Assembly (NCBI GenBank): GCA_044070495.1 | Contig: JBIPSI010000011.1 | Location: forward strand, 32,001 to 96,000 | Direction: 5' to 3' | DNA: 64,000 nt | Origin: Spirulina sp. | GTDB lineage: Bacteria > Cyanobacteriota > Cyanobacteriia > Phormidesmidales > Phormidesmidaceae | Shown here: one piece after another, positions 38,967 through 48,710 of the stretch | How positions within the stretch are numbered: position 1 is the stretch's first letter | Layout of the letters: each line of letters begins with the position of its first letter | Translations under genes and position numbers: made by a program | The notes under the pieces: generated by a model | The model's database searches: none | The model's input: only the letters and a program-made list of their open reading frames with translations | Told to the model about the DNA's origin: nothing

Positions 38967-40070
38967 CTAGCTCCGCTGACTGGCTGGCAAAATTAGGGCA
39001 TCGGTGAGGGGTTCCACCCGGTGGCGCGGCATGGCGTGGTAGCCGTTGGCATCGAGCTGTTTAATGCGCTCGAAGAACACCTCATAGAAGCGCTCTAGGC
39101 AATCGCAGAACCAGGCTTGGTAGTGGGGCCACTGGTCGCGGTTGTCAAAGTCTACGTTTTCCAGCAGGCAGGCGATCACACAGGTTTGCTCGCCGCTGTC
39201 GTCCCAAATCAACGGCAGGCCAATTTCGTCGGCGATTAGTTCTCGCTCGTGGGCCAGCAGGTAAAAGTGGGCATGGGCATCAATGCCCGATAGCAGCAGT
39301 TCGGTATACAGGCTGCGGTGCTCCAAATCCAAAATGGCATTGAGCCGAAACCCCGCTCTGGCAATGGCAAAACCCATGGTGGCCTCCGGTGTAGGATTCC
39401 CCGGTTTGACCAGGCTACCCAGACGATCCATGTGCTCACACAGGCCCGTCCAAAAGTCTCTATTCGCCTGCTGAGCCTCGGTCAGGGGTTCCGGTTCCGG
39501 ATCTGGCTCCGGTTCTGCCGCCCCACTTGCCTGGGTTTGGGAACCCTCATCGGCCCCGTCCTCAGACTCCCCCAGGCTGTCTTGCAGGGGGTTGAAATTC
39601 ACCGCCATGGCGTTTTTGCCAATGCACCATAGCTCCACTTCCACGCCCAAAAATGCGGCCTGGTCTTGGCCAAGCTGGTTCAGCCAGTCGAGGGCTTGCT
39701 GGTGTTCGGCGGTAAACTCAGCGGCAATCCACACCACCGTAGAAGCCTCGGCCAAAGCGGCCCCGGTGATCAGTTCCCCCAGTTGGGGCGTTTCGCTGTT
39801 CCCCGGATAGGCGGCAACCAAGACAATCTGATCGGTCTCCCCATCCTGAAACAAACCGTACGCGGCGTCAGCCTCGTCTTCAGGGGCATCGTCCTCGGCC
39901 AAGGGAGCCAGCGCCAGCCCCAACGCATCGCTGAGCAGGTCTAGGTTTTCGGCCTCGGCCAGCCAGTGCTGAAAATCGGCGGCGTTTGGCCAATAGTCGG
40001 CGGGATTCATTTTTTCGAGCCGTCCCAGCTTGGGTTTGGCAGATGGCTTGGGCCGCATGGATAAAGTCAC
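38967..40070 (-). CDS. DUF4268-domain protein with a degenerate nuclease-like N-terminal domain
   Basis: F..WLA..ENL..L, VVWIA.EF..EHQQALDWLN, C-terminal FW..L, D..NR..WP. Confidence 0.7.
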   Translation of the reverse strand: MTLSMRPKPSAKPKLGRLEKMNPADYWPNAADFQHWLAEAENLDLLSDALGLALAPLAEDDAPEDEADAAYGLFQDGETDQIVLVAAYPGNSETPQLGELITGAALAEASTVVWIAAEFTAEHQQALDWLNQLGQDQAAFLGVEVELWCIGKNAMAVNFNPLQDSLGESEDGADEGSQTQASGAAEPEPDPEPEPLTEAQQANRDFWTGLCEHMDRLGSLVKPGNPTPEATMGFAIARAGFRLNAILDLEHRSLYTELLLSGIDAHAHFYLLAHERELIADEIGLPLIWDDSGEQTCVIACLLENVDFDNRDQWPHYQAWFCDCLERFYEVFFERIKQLDANGYHAMPRHRVEPLTDALILPASQRS

Positions 40071-40195
40071 TCAGCAGGGTTTATGATCCTAACTCCTATT
40101 ATGGCCTAGGGCGTCTGCAAACCTCAGACCAACCTCAATTGCCCCTGTCCTAGCATCAGCAACATTCATACCGCATCTATTCCTCACCCAGCCTC

Positions 40196-40239
40196 ACCTC
40201 AGTTCGGGTCAAACTCAGCGGCCCTAGGCCCTAGCAACC
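40196..40239. mobile_element. Solo end fragment of the MITE family
   Basis: ACCTCAGTTCGGGTCAAACTCAGCGGCCC resembles the reverse complement of the right ends at 9448-9476 and 29689-29732. Confidence 0.65.
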
Positions 40240-40273
40240 TGCTTCCGGCTGGCCCATTAGCCCCTATAGACAG

Positions 40274-41086
40274 CTATGGCAAATTCAGGAATTGACGCAT
40301 TAGCTCCGCTGCACGACGCTGATCGGCAAGGCCGACATGGGTCATCAGATTCACTTCGGTCGTCACAGGTATCAGGGAACCCGATTGTAGATGTAGCCGT
40401 AGCCTTTTTTCCCTGGCATCTCGCCACCATTCGTGGCACAGTTCCACCTTCACCACCTCACTCAGGCGATAGGTGCGATGGCGTGAGTTCCCATGCAGGC
40501 AGGCGTCGGTCAAGATGATCTGATCTCTGGGGCGATCCATCTCCAGCGCCACCATCACGGGCCGTCTTAGGGGGAGAATCCCGATGGTGATCGCGGTGAG
40601 GAGGGTAAAGCCCCCGCCAATCCATTGCACCCCACGGTGGGGAGGGACTCGGTAAACCCAGGGCTGAGGCTGGGGATCGGCGAGATACTGAATCAGGGCT
40701 ATGGCCTGGGCTTCCTGGGGCTGAAGTTCACTGGTCTGTCCAGCAAAGGTCTGTTCTTCGCCCGTGGGGCTGGCCAGCACGAGGGCATAGCGATAGTCGT
40801 CGTCACTCCACCAGGGGGCTGAACGCTTGAGCAGACTGACCTCCTGCACCTCTGCCAGGTAGAACTGGGGCCGCTGCTGCCACAACCGTCGCTGGGTGGC
40901 CCGACACTGCACCGCCGCATCCTCCGCTTCGGCCCAGCAGGTGAGGACATGGGTGGGCCAAGTCAAGAGAATTCCCAAAAACACGGCGGCCACCAGCAGG
41001 CTAATGATCGCCCAAAGCCAATGGCTGCGGGACTCTTTGTTAAAGGTGAGGTACAGCCTTCGGTGAGTGTTTTCCAAGACCTGCAT
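40274..41086 (-). CDS. Hypothetical two-TM membrane protein
   Basis: Two hydrophobic helices and PH-like soluble segments. Confidence 0.6.
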   Translation of the reverse strand: MQVLENTHRRLYLTFNKESRSHWLWAIISLLVAAVFLGILLTWPTHVLTCWAEAEDAAVQCRATQRRLWQQRPQFYLAEVQEVSLLKRSAPWWSDDDYRYALVLASPTGEEQTFAGQTSELQPQEAQAIALIQYLADPQPQPWVYRVPPHRGVQWIGGGFTLLTAITIGILPLRRPVMVALEMDRPRDQIILTDACLHGNSRHRTYRLSEVVKVELCHEWWRDAREKRLRLHLQSGSLIPVTTEVNLMTHVGLADQRRAAELMRQFLNLP

Positions 41087-41269
41087 GGGGCACTCCAAGG
41101 ACAGATTGGCCTTAAAGGTAATGCCCAAATTCTAGCCCCCTAGCCCTAGATCGAGGTTGCCAAATCTGTTCAGAACCCTAGAAAACCTTCTTGGCATTTA
41201 TCGGCCTGCCGTGGGATAATGAAAGACTGTGTCTTAACTTTCCATCCGCACTACTCTAGGTGAACTGTC

Positions 41270-41458
41270 ATGGCTAAAGGCGTCCGCCTCGTCATTACCC
41301 TTGAGTGCACTGAATGCCGGACTAACCCGGACAAGCGCTCTAACGGTGTATCTCGCTACACCACCCAAAAGAACCGTCGCAACACGACGGGCCGCATTGA
41401 ACTGAAGAAGTTCTGCACCCACTGCAACAAGCACACCGTCCACAAAGAAATCAAGTAA
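41270..41458 (+). CDS. rpmG: 50S ribosomal protein L33
   Basis: LECTEC...YTTQKNRRN...LKKFC..CNKH. Confidence 0.98.
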   Translation: MAKGVRLVITLECTECRTNPDKRSNGVSRYTTQKNRRNTTGRIELKKFCTHCNKHTVHKEIK

Positions 41459-41467
41459 GCAACTCCC

Positions 41468-41683
41468 ATGGCCTATTTTCGTCGTCGAGTATCTCCAATC
41501 AAGCCCGAAGAAAAGATTGATTACAAAGATGTAGACTTGCTCCGCAAGTTTGTCACCGAGCGCGGCAAAATTCTGCCCCGCCGCATCACTGGCTTGACCG
41601 CTCAGCAGCAGCGGGATCTCACCGTCGCCATCAAACGCGCCCGCATTCTGGCCCTACTCCCCTATGTGAATGGGGAAGGCTAG
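41468..41683 (+). CDS. rpsR: 30S ribosomal protein S18
   Basis: [25 protein letters not shown]. Confidence 0.98.
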   Translation: MAYFRRRVSPIKPEEKIDYKDVDLLRKFVTERGKILPRRITGLTAQQQRDLTVAIKRARILALLPYVNGEG

Positions 41684-41721
41684 GCTAGGGTAGAAGGTGG
41701 CGATTGTAGGGTAGGGTTCTG

Positions 41722-43758
41722 GTGGAAAAGGGAACATTAGTCGAATTCAAACACCAGGGTCAGCCCCGCCTGGGGGTCGTAGATCGGCCTGAGGGCAAAA
41801 AAAACTGGGTGGTCATTGATGATCGTGGCCAATCCCATACCCTGCACCCTAGAGAGATAGCCTACGAAGTGGTCGGCGAGAGGTATACTCCCGCCGACAT
41901 TTCCGCATTTTTAAACGAGGCCGAGGGCTATATCGATCCCTCTAGTCTAGAAGTGGCCTGGGAATTTTTGACCGAATCCGAGGAGTCCGCCGATCCGGTT
42001 TCCCTGGCGGCGCTGCTGTTTTCCGACCAAAGCCCTCCCCTGTGCTATGCGGCTCATCGCCTGCTGAGCGAAGACAAGATTTATTTCAAGCAAAAGGGCG
42101 ACCGCTACGAACCTCGCCCTGCGGTCCAGGTTAACGAAATCAAGCACCAGATGGAGCGGGAAACCCAGCGCCAGCAGGAATGGGAATCCTTCATGACCAA
42201 GGCGCGTCAGGGTTTGGCGGGGGAGTCTGTGGCCTGGGACAAGACGGATCGGCCCCGGATTGAGATTTTGGAGCGCTTTGCCCTCTTGGGGGAAGAATCG
42301 AGCCAGCGCAACCAAGCCGTAGAATTGCTGAATGCGATGGGCTGTGCCCCAACAGCGGCGGGTGCATTTGATACCCTAGTGGCATGGGGATTGTGGCAGC
42401 CCCACGAGAACCTGGCCCTCCGACGCAGCCAGATCCCCAGCCAATTCTCCGAGGATCTCCTAACTATGGTGCAGCAGCGGCTCCAGTCTCCGCCGCCCGA
42501 TCTCGACGATCCCCAGCGCCTAGACCTGACCCACCTCAAGGTCTACACCGTTGACGATGCCAGCACCCAGGAAATTGACGATGGCCTCAGCCTGGAAACC
42601 CTAGCGGACGGCACCCACCGACTCTGGGTTCACATTGCCGACCCCACCCGCTGGGTGATCCCTGGCGATGAGTTGGATCTCGAAGCCCGTCGCCGCTGCA
42701 CCACGGTCTACCTGCCCACGGGCATCATCCCCATGTTCCCGGCAGAACTGGCCACCGGGCCAATGAGTTTGATCCAGGGGCAAATTTGCTGCGCCCTCAG
42801 CTTTGGTATCGTCCTGGGCGAGGCCGGAGATGTGCAGGACTACACCATTGCCACCAGCCTGATCAAGCCCACCTACCGCCTCACCTACGAGGACGTGGAC
42901 GAACTGCTGGAACTGGGCATTACCGCCGAGCCGGAACTGCACGACCTGGCGCGATGGTCGCAGGTGCGGGGGCAATGGCGCGTTACCCAGGGAGCCATCA
43001 CCATTAACATGCCTGAGTCCGTCATCAAGGTTCAGGCATCTGAGGAGGATATTGTCATTGAGGTACTGGAGGATTCCCCGGCCCGCCAGATGGTGGCCGA
43101 GATGATGATCCTAGCCGGAGAAGTGGCCGCCCGCTACGGCCAAACCCACGAATTGGCGATTCCCTTCCGCAGCCAGATCCAACCCGAACTGCCCTCCGAC
43201 GAAGAACTGATCCAACTGCCCACGGGCTGGGTGCGCGATTCCGCCATTCGCCGCTGCATGACCCGCAGCGAGGTGGGCATCACCCCCAGCCGCCACGCCA
43301 CCTTGGGTTTGGATAGCTACAGCCAGGTCACCTCGCCGATTCGTCGCTACCTGGATTTGCTGGTTCACTTTCAACTCAAGGCCCATCTGCGCGGCGATCC
43401 GCTGCCCTTTTCCTCCCACGAAGTTACGGAACTGGCCCAGGGTGCAAGTTCCGCCGCCTACGAAGCCACCCTAGTAGAGCGCCAAACCAAGCGCTACTGG
43501 GCCTTGGAATACCTGCGCCGTAACCAGAAGCAGGTGTGGGACGTGATGCTGCTACGCTGGCTGCGGGAAGACGATGGCCTGGGGCTGATCATGGTGGAAG
43601 ATCTGGGCCTAGAACTAGCCATGCGCTTCAACCGGGATGTAGCCCTAGGGGAACAGTTCCAGGTGCGGGTCAGCCATGCGAATCCTCGTCAGGACATCAT
43701 CCGTTTCGAGGAAGTGGTGATCGAGGAAGAAGACTCCACCCTGGCTCCGTCGGCCTAG
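41722..43758 (+). CDS. rnb: Ribonuclease II / RNB-domain exoribonuclease
   Basis: TVDDASTQEIDDG, VHIAD, TSPIRRYLD. Confidence 0.92.
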   Translation: MEKGTLVEFKHQGQPRLGVVDRPEGKKNWVVIDDRGQSHTLHPREIAYEVVGERYTPADISAFLNEAEGYIDPSSLEVAWEFLTESEESADPVSLAALLFSDQSPPLCYAAHRLLSEDKIYFKQKGDRYEPRPAVQVNEIKHQMERETQRQQEWESFMTKARQGLAGESVAWDKTDRPRIEILERFALLGEESSQRNQAVELLNAMGCAPTAAGAFDTLVAWGLWQPHENLALRRSQIPSQFSEDLLTMVQQRLQSPPPDLDDPQRLDLTHLKVYTVDDASTQEIDDGLSLETLADGTHRLWVHIADPTRWVIPGDELDLEARRRCTTVYLPTGIIPMFPAELATGPMSLIQGQICCALSFGIVLGEAGDVQDYTIATSLIKPTYRLTYEDVDELLELGITAEPELHDLARWSQVRGQWRVTQGAITINMPESVIKVQASEEDIVIEVLEDSPARQMVAEMMILAGEVAARYGQTHELAIPFRSQIQPELPSDEELIQLPTGWVRDSAIRRCMTRSEVGITPSRHATLGLDSYSQVTSPIRRYLDLLVHFQLKAHLRGDPLPFSSHEVTELAQGASSAAYEATLVERQTKRYWALEYLRRNQKQVWDVMLLRWLREDDGLGLIMVEDLGLELAMRFNRDVALGEQFQVRVSHANPRQDIIRFEEVVIEEEDSTLAPSA

Positions 43759-43779
43759 ATTGCCCATTGCCGAGACCCC

Positions 43780-44838
43780 ATGACCTCCCAGTCTTCCCCT
43801 ACCCCCAGCCCAACCGTGACCCAATTCACGGGCGACCAGATTCAGGGCATCCCGGCGGTAAGCCATCTCGCGGTGGCCGATTTGGCTCCTGGACAAACCC
43901 ATCGCCTATATTTTCGAGGCGTACAGATGGGGACGGGGCAGCCTTGGTATGTGCCCGTGATGGTGGCCAAGGGTGTCCGTCCTGGCCCCTGTGTGGGCTT
44001 AGTGGCAGGGGTCCACGGCGATGAAATGAGTTCCTTCCGGGCAGTTCAGCAGATCATGGCGGCCCTAAATCCGGCGGAAATGGCGGGTTCGGTGCTGGCG
44101 GCCATTGGGGTCTCGCGCCCAGCGGTGGAATACACCCAGTCTTGGTGGCCCACCGCCCAGGGGGGTGGCACCGCCTACGACCCCAACCGTCTGTGGCCAG
44201 GGGATGAAAACGGCGACAACGCCCCCACTCGCCATGCGGGGCTGCTGTGGAATCGCCTGTTTCGCCCCAACCTGGATGTGGCGATGGATTACCACACCGT
44301 CACCACCGGCAGCGACTTTACCCTGTTTCTCTACGCCGACCTGCGCCAGCCAGCGGTGCGTCAGATGGCAGACCTGTTTCCGGTGGATCAGGTGATGGAC
44401 GATCCGGGCCTGGAGGGCACCCTCGAAACCGCCTTGGTGACGGCGGGCATTCCAGCACTGACCGTGGAAATTGGCCCCCCCCGCCGTTTCGATGCCGACA
44501 AAATTGCCCTGGCGGTGGAAGGAAGCCTCAACGTCCTGAAGCACCATGGTTTGGTCGGGGGAGACTTAGGACGCACCGCCGCCGATGTGGGCACCGTCTT
44601 CGGCAATGCTATGGCGTCAATCCGCTCCAACCAGGGGGGATTTTTAGAACTGCTGGTGGATCTGAACGATCCGGTGGAGCCAGGACAACGGGTGGCCCTC
44701 CAGCGCAACGCCTTTGGCGATGTGGTGGCCGACTATCGCAGCCCGGTGGCGGGGGTGGTGGCCATCGTGGCGCGAGATGCCCTCTGTGAACCCGGATCAC
44801 GAGTGATGCAAATCCTGTATCAACGGGATCAACCGTAG
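43780..44838 (+). CDS. Succinylglutamate desuccinylase/aspartoacylase (M14-like) family protein
   Basis: AGVHGDE, NRLWPG, DYHT, VEIG. Confidence 0.88.
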   Translation: MTSQSSPTPSPTVTQFTGDQIQGIPAVSHLAVADLAPGQTHRLYFRGVQMGTGQPWYVPVMVAKGVRPGPCVGLVAGVHGDEMSSFRAVQQIMAALNPAEMAGSVLAAIGVSRPAVEYTQSWWPTAQGGGTAYDPNRLWPGDENGDNAPTRHAGLLWNRLFRPNLDVAMDYHTVTTGSDFTLFLYADLRQPAVRQMADLFPVDQVMDDPGLEGTLETALVTAGIPALTVEIGPPRRFDADKIALAVEGSLNVLKHHGLVGGDLGRTAADVGTVFGNAMASIRSNQGGFLELLVDLNDPVEPGQRVALQRNAFGDVVADYRSPVAGVVAIVARDALCEPGSRVMQILYQRDQP

Positions 44839-44896
44839 GGGGGAGGTTTCCTCACCCATTCCCACAATCAACCGTAGGGCTAAGGTCTTCTCTCCC
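44835..44896 (+). repeat. Two degenerate GTAG-type REP copies
   Basis: GTAGGGGGGAGGTTTCCTCACCC and GTAGGGCTAAGGTCTTCTCTCCC. Confidence 0.6.
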
Positions 44897-44986
44897 GCCC
44901 CAGTGGACGACTAGGCCATCAACCTACACCGGAGGGCCACCAACCTGATACCCTACTGGCTATCCCCCTAGTTCACCGTGCAACCC

Positions 44987-45343
44987 ATGGCCGATCAAAA
45001 CAACTTTAATGACTACCTGCCCGAACAAAAGCCGGAGGAATACTCCATCGAGGTGCCAGCGGATCAGTCACCGCTGAACCTGGATCGAGTGCCCTCTGGG
45101 GACGATTTTATGGGCCGCATTGAACAGCGAGGCGTGGCCTACAGTCGTCTTTCCCGTGGGTTAGCGCCTTGGTGGGTGTTGATCGCGGGCTGGGTGGTAT
45201 TTGGCGGATTGGCCCTAGGGCTGCTGAAAATGGGCTTAGCTGGATCAATTGTGTCCTGGGTGCTGCTGGTGTTTGTGCTCTTGCCCCTGGTGATTTTGGG
45301 GCAGGGTACTCTGGCTAAGCTGTCACCCCGCTCCCGATCCTAG
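44987..45343 (+). CDS. Hypothetical membrane protein
   Basis: Acidic N-terminus and two TM helices. Confidence 0.6.
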   Translation: MADQNNFNDYLPEQKPEEYSIEVPADQSPLNLDRVPSGDDFMGRIEQRGVAYSRLSRGLAPWWVLIAGWVVFGGLALGLLKMGLAGSIVSWVLLVFVLLPLVILGQGTLAKLSPRSRS

Positions 45344-45449
45344 GGTGGCCCTGCACTGACGGCAACGCCCTACATATCATTACAATGCCGTGAAACCATG
45401 GCTACTTGCTAGATACTATTCAAGTCTGTCACTACCAAAGGACGTCACC

Positions 45450-46034
45450 ATGACTACGAATTTGTTGCCACCAATAGAGGTCAAAAAAGCTACGAACTGG
45501 ATCATTGCCCTCAGCATTTTGCTGATTCTTTTGGGGGCATTGGCTATTTTTTCGCCCATGTTTGCTTCGGCCTTCTTCACGGTCATGATCGGCTGGATTG
45601 CCTTGATTAGTGGCATCATCATGATCGTTCAGTCCTTCCGTTCCCATCCCGTACGCGGATTTTGGCTGACGCTCATTGTAGGAATTTTCTATGGTTTGGC
45701 GGGCCTGTTTATTATTTTCAACATCCTTAAAGCTGCCGCCCTGCTTACCCTTAGTTTTGGCATTTTGTTTATTGCCGAGGGAATTATTACGATTATCATG
45801 GCTTTCACCAACCGGGTGGGGCAATCCATGTCTTGGTTGGTGGTGCTCAATGGGATCATCACGCTGATTCTGGGCATTCTGGTGATCAACGGCTGGCCCG
45901 GCACCACCATTTGGTTCATTGGCCTCTACGTGGGGATTAGCATCCTGTTCAGTGGCATTTCGCTGTTGGCCGCTGCCCTCGTCGCTCGCAAAACGATCAC
46001 CACCGTGATCGATGGCGATGGGCCTACGGTTTAG
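45450..46034 (+). CDS. HdeD/DUF308 family membrane protein
   Basis: Six TM helices, W.IGLYVGISILFSG. Confidence 0.85.
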   Translation: MTTNLLPPIEVKKATNWIIALSILLILLGALAIFSPMFASAFFTVMIGWIALISGIIMIVQSFRSHPVRGFWLTLIVGIFYGLAGLFIIFNILKAAALLTLSFGILFIAEGIITIIMAFTNRVGQSMSWLVVLNGIITLILGILVINGWPGTTIWFIGLYVGISILFSGISLLAAALVARKTITTVIDGDGPTV

Positions 46035-46163
46035 CCCTAGGTAAACCTGAGCAAGGATCAGGAGACCTGCCCCCTACATTGTCCAAATGCGGAACCCAAA
46101 ACCCGCCAAAGGTTTTAGGTTTCCTTCCTAGGAGATGGTCTGGGGGTGAGGGCAAAGGGCCGA

Positions 46164-47192
46164 TTAAAGGGCGACCTGGCTAAGCTCCGGCGGCAGTTCC
46201 TCGCCTTTGTAGGGGCGGGTGGGGGCCGGAAATCCGCAGGAGGTGCCATCGGTGTGAATCACCTCGTCTTCCCAGGGCAGGCGATAGCTGCCGTCTACCA
46301 TGTCCTTCATGTAGGTGTAGGGGCAGTCTTGGGCACCACCTTGCACCGCCACATAGCCCCGATGGCCAAACTGGTAGATGTTGTTCTCCACACCCCAGTG
46401 GATGCGGGCCTCGCGGACGAGGTCGGGCCGCACTTCGGCGGTGATGATTTCGTCGGGGCGGTGGCTGCCCATCACCATCGGCACGCCGTCAAAGTTGACG
46501 ATCATGCCTTCGCCCATGGAATCAAAGCTGCCGTCGCTGCCGCACATGCACACCGAGGCCGTCACTATCAGGTTACAGAAGGCGTTGGCCTGGTTGGTAA
46601 TCTGCCAGGAGTGGCGAATCGGGGCGGTGTAGCCTGCGGTGCGGATCATGATTTCCGCCCCTTTGTAGGCGCATTCTCGCGCCATTTCGGGGAACATGCC
46701 GTCGTGGCAGATAATTAGCGCAATTTTGCTGCCGTTTGGCCCATCGCAGACGGGAATACCCAAATTCCCTGGTTCCCATGGTTCCACGGGCACCCAGGGA
46801 TGTAGCTTGCGGTAGTAGAGCTTGAGTTCTCCGGTGTTGTCGATGATGATGCCGCTGTTGTAGGGGTTGCCGTCGGGGTTGTACTCCATAATCGAGAAGC
46901 AGCCCCAGATATCGTTGTCGATGCAGGCCTGCCGAAAAGCCGACACCTCCGGGCCATCGAGCCGACACATGATCGCTGGGTTGGTGTCCATCGATAGCCC
47001 GTGTAGGGAATATTCGGGAAACACCACCAAATCCATGGAGGGCATGTTGCGACGGGCTTTGCCGACCATCTCGCAAATGCGCTGGGTTTGGGCGGATAGA
47101 TCATCGGGGCTGACCACCGTGGGCAACTGCAACTGCACCATCCCCAGCACCACCCCATTGGGAGATTTGTTGAGACCACCCAGTCCGCTCAT
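46164..47192 (-). CDS. amiF: Formamidase (AmiF, nitrilase superfamily)
   Basis: MSGLGGLNKS start; E-K-C triad in FPEY, YRKLHPW, ICHDG. Confidence 0.92.
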   Translation of the reverse strand: MSGLGGLNKSPNGVVLGMVQLQLPTVVSPDDLSAQTQRICEMVGKARRNMPSMDLVVFPEYSLHGLSMDTNPAIMCRLDGPEVSAFRQACIDNDIWGCFSIMEYNPDGNPYNSGIIIDNTGELKLYYRKLHPWVPVEPWEPGNLGIPVCDGPNGSKIALIICHDGMFPEMARECAYKGAEIMIRTAGYTAPIRHSWQITNQANAFCNLIVTASVCMCGSDGSFDSMGEGMIVNFDGVPMVMGSHRPDEIITAEVRPDLVREARIHWGVENNIYQFGHRGYVAVQGGAQDCPYTYMKDMVDGSYRLPWEDEVIHTDGTSCGFPAPTRPYKGEELPPELSQVAL

Positions 47193-47487
47193 AGGAGATT
47201 TTCCTCCAAACAACAGTCCTATCCTGCCTTGGTGGGGATCGCGCAACTGTATTCCATGATGCAGCTGGGCTTGATACCAATCGTCCATGCTGCTGACGCT
47301 GCACCCTCAACGATGAAAATCTTGAAAATCTATTTTTGGAGCAAATCCTACTTGGCTCCTCCCGCTTCCTCAGCGGTGCATTGCGGCTCATCAAGGTGAT
47401 CAGGAGGTAGACGGGTAGGGGATAGAGCCACAAATGCACCCTACGAGTCTGTCGTTTGGCAATCAGGGTTATAGGATGCGGATGCGT

Positions 47488-48066
47488 TTATGAGGCGCGG
47501 ATCTGGGCGCGGCGTTCCATTTCCTGGCGAATGGCTTGGATGGTTTCGACCAAGCTGGTCTCAAACAGGGTGTAGAACATGGTTTTGAACGGCCCCACGT
47601 CGGCTTCGGCGTGAACCTGCTGGGAGACCAATAGCAGGGGCGTGACACTGCTAGGGGGAGTGGATTGGTCTAAGCGCCAGTGGCCATACATATGCTGGAG
47701 GTTACCCTGAAGCAGGCGAAAGCTGATCTGCTGCTGGTCAATCTCTAGGTTTTCCGTGCGGACGACGGATTCAATGGTGGACAGCAAAATGCGCCGCCGA
47801 TCCACTTGCTCCACAATGGTGCGGGGGCCGTCCACTTCGATCACGCGGCTCTTGGCCACCGTGGGCAAAAATCGGGCAAAGTTGCCGTAGTCCGTCAACA
47901 CCGCCCAGGCGGTATCGCCATCCACGGTGGTAGCCGCCATCACCTCATATTGCCCCTGCCTGCCCCACAGCAACACCTCCCGTCGGGCTAGTTTGGCCCA
48001 ATCGGCGGGGGATAGCCGAGCCAGGTAGGTTTCGGCAGGTAGCACCTGGCGAGATAATCGCGACAT
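47488..48066 (-). CDS. SRPBCC/polyketide cyclase-like protein
   Basis: WAVLTDYGNFARFLP, F.LLQGNL..M.G.W. Confidence 0.85.
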   Translation of the reverse strand: MSRLSRQVLPAETYLARLSPADWAKLARREVLLWGRQGQYEVMAATTVDGDTAWAVLTDYGNFARFLPTVAKSRVIEVDGPRTIVEQVDRRRILLSTIESVVRTENLEIDQQQISFRLLQGNLQHMYGHWRLDQSTPPSSVTPLLLVSQQVHAEADVGPFKTMFYTLFETSLVETIQAIRQEMERRAQIRAS

Positions 48067-48107
48067 AATGCAGAAGCTCACTGTAAATTTCCGTAGCCAA
48101 AGGTTCC

Positions 48108-48602
48108 ATGTCTCGTTTTGAAACCGCCCTCGCCGCCTACCAAGCGCTTCCTAAACAGGTCAAAAGCCTGATGCTGAGTACCGTCAACGCCGACGGGACG
48201 CCCAACGCCAGCTATGCCCCCTTTGTGATGGACGATACCTATCAGATATACCTACTGACCAGTGGCCTTTCTGCCCATACCCCAAATCTCTTAAGAACTG
48301 GGCGGGCCAGTGTCCTCATTATTGAAGACGAAGGCCAGACTCAGCAAGTTTTTGCCCGTCAGCGGCTCACCTACGACTGCCAGGTTAGCCCCATCGCCCG
48401 CCACAGCGACCCCTGGGAAACCCAGATGGCCCAGTTTGAGGCCCGCTTTGGCGACATCATCGCCATGCTGCGCCAGCTAGAAGACTTCCAACTGTTTAGC
48501 CTCACCCCCCAGGCCGGACGATTTGTGATGGGCTTTGGAGCCGCCTACGAAGTAGATCCCGCCAACCTCAGTCAACTTCAGGTTGGCCCCATTACGGGGT
48601 AA
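48108..48602 (+). CDS. HugZ-like pyridoxamine 5'-phosphate oxidase family protein
   Basis: LSTVNADGTPNASYAPF, GRFVMGFGAAY. Confidence 0.88.
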   Translation: MSRFETALAAYQALPKQVKSLMLSTVNADGTPNASYAPFVMDDTYQIYLLTSGLSAHTPNLLRTGRASVLIIEDEGQTQQVFARQRLTYDCQVSPIARHSDPWETQMAQFEARFGDIIAMLRQLEDFQLFSLTPQAGRFVMGFGAAYEVDPANLSQLQVGPITG

Positions 48603-48710
48603 TTCATCTCCTGTGCTCGAGCCTTGAAGGCGTATGCCCCCACGGTAACCGATGATGCTAAGGCCAGCACAGGGGGAAGAACCGCACCATGCCCGCCTAT
48701 CCACAGGAGC

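Noticed and set aside
47248..47263. NtcA box upstream of formamidase (TGCA-N8-TACA, then CAGGAT at N22)
   Set aside because: Both the box and the -10 element mismatch; plausible but unsupported
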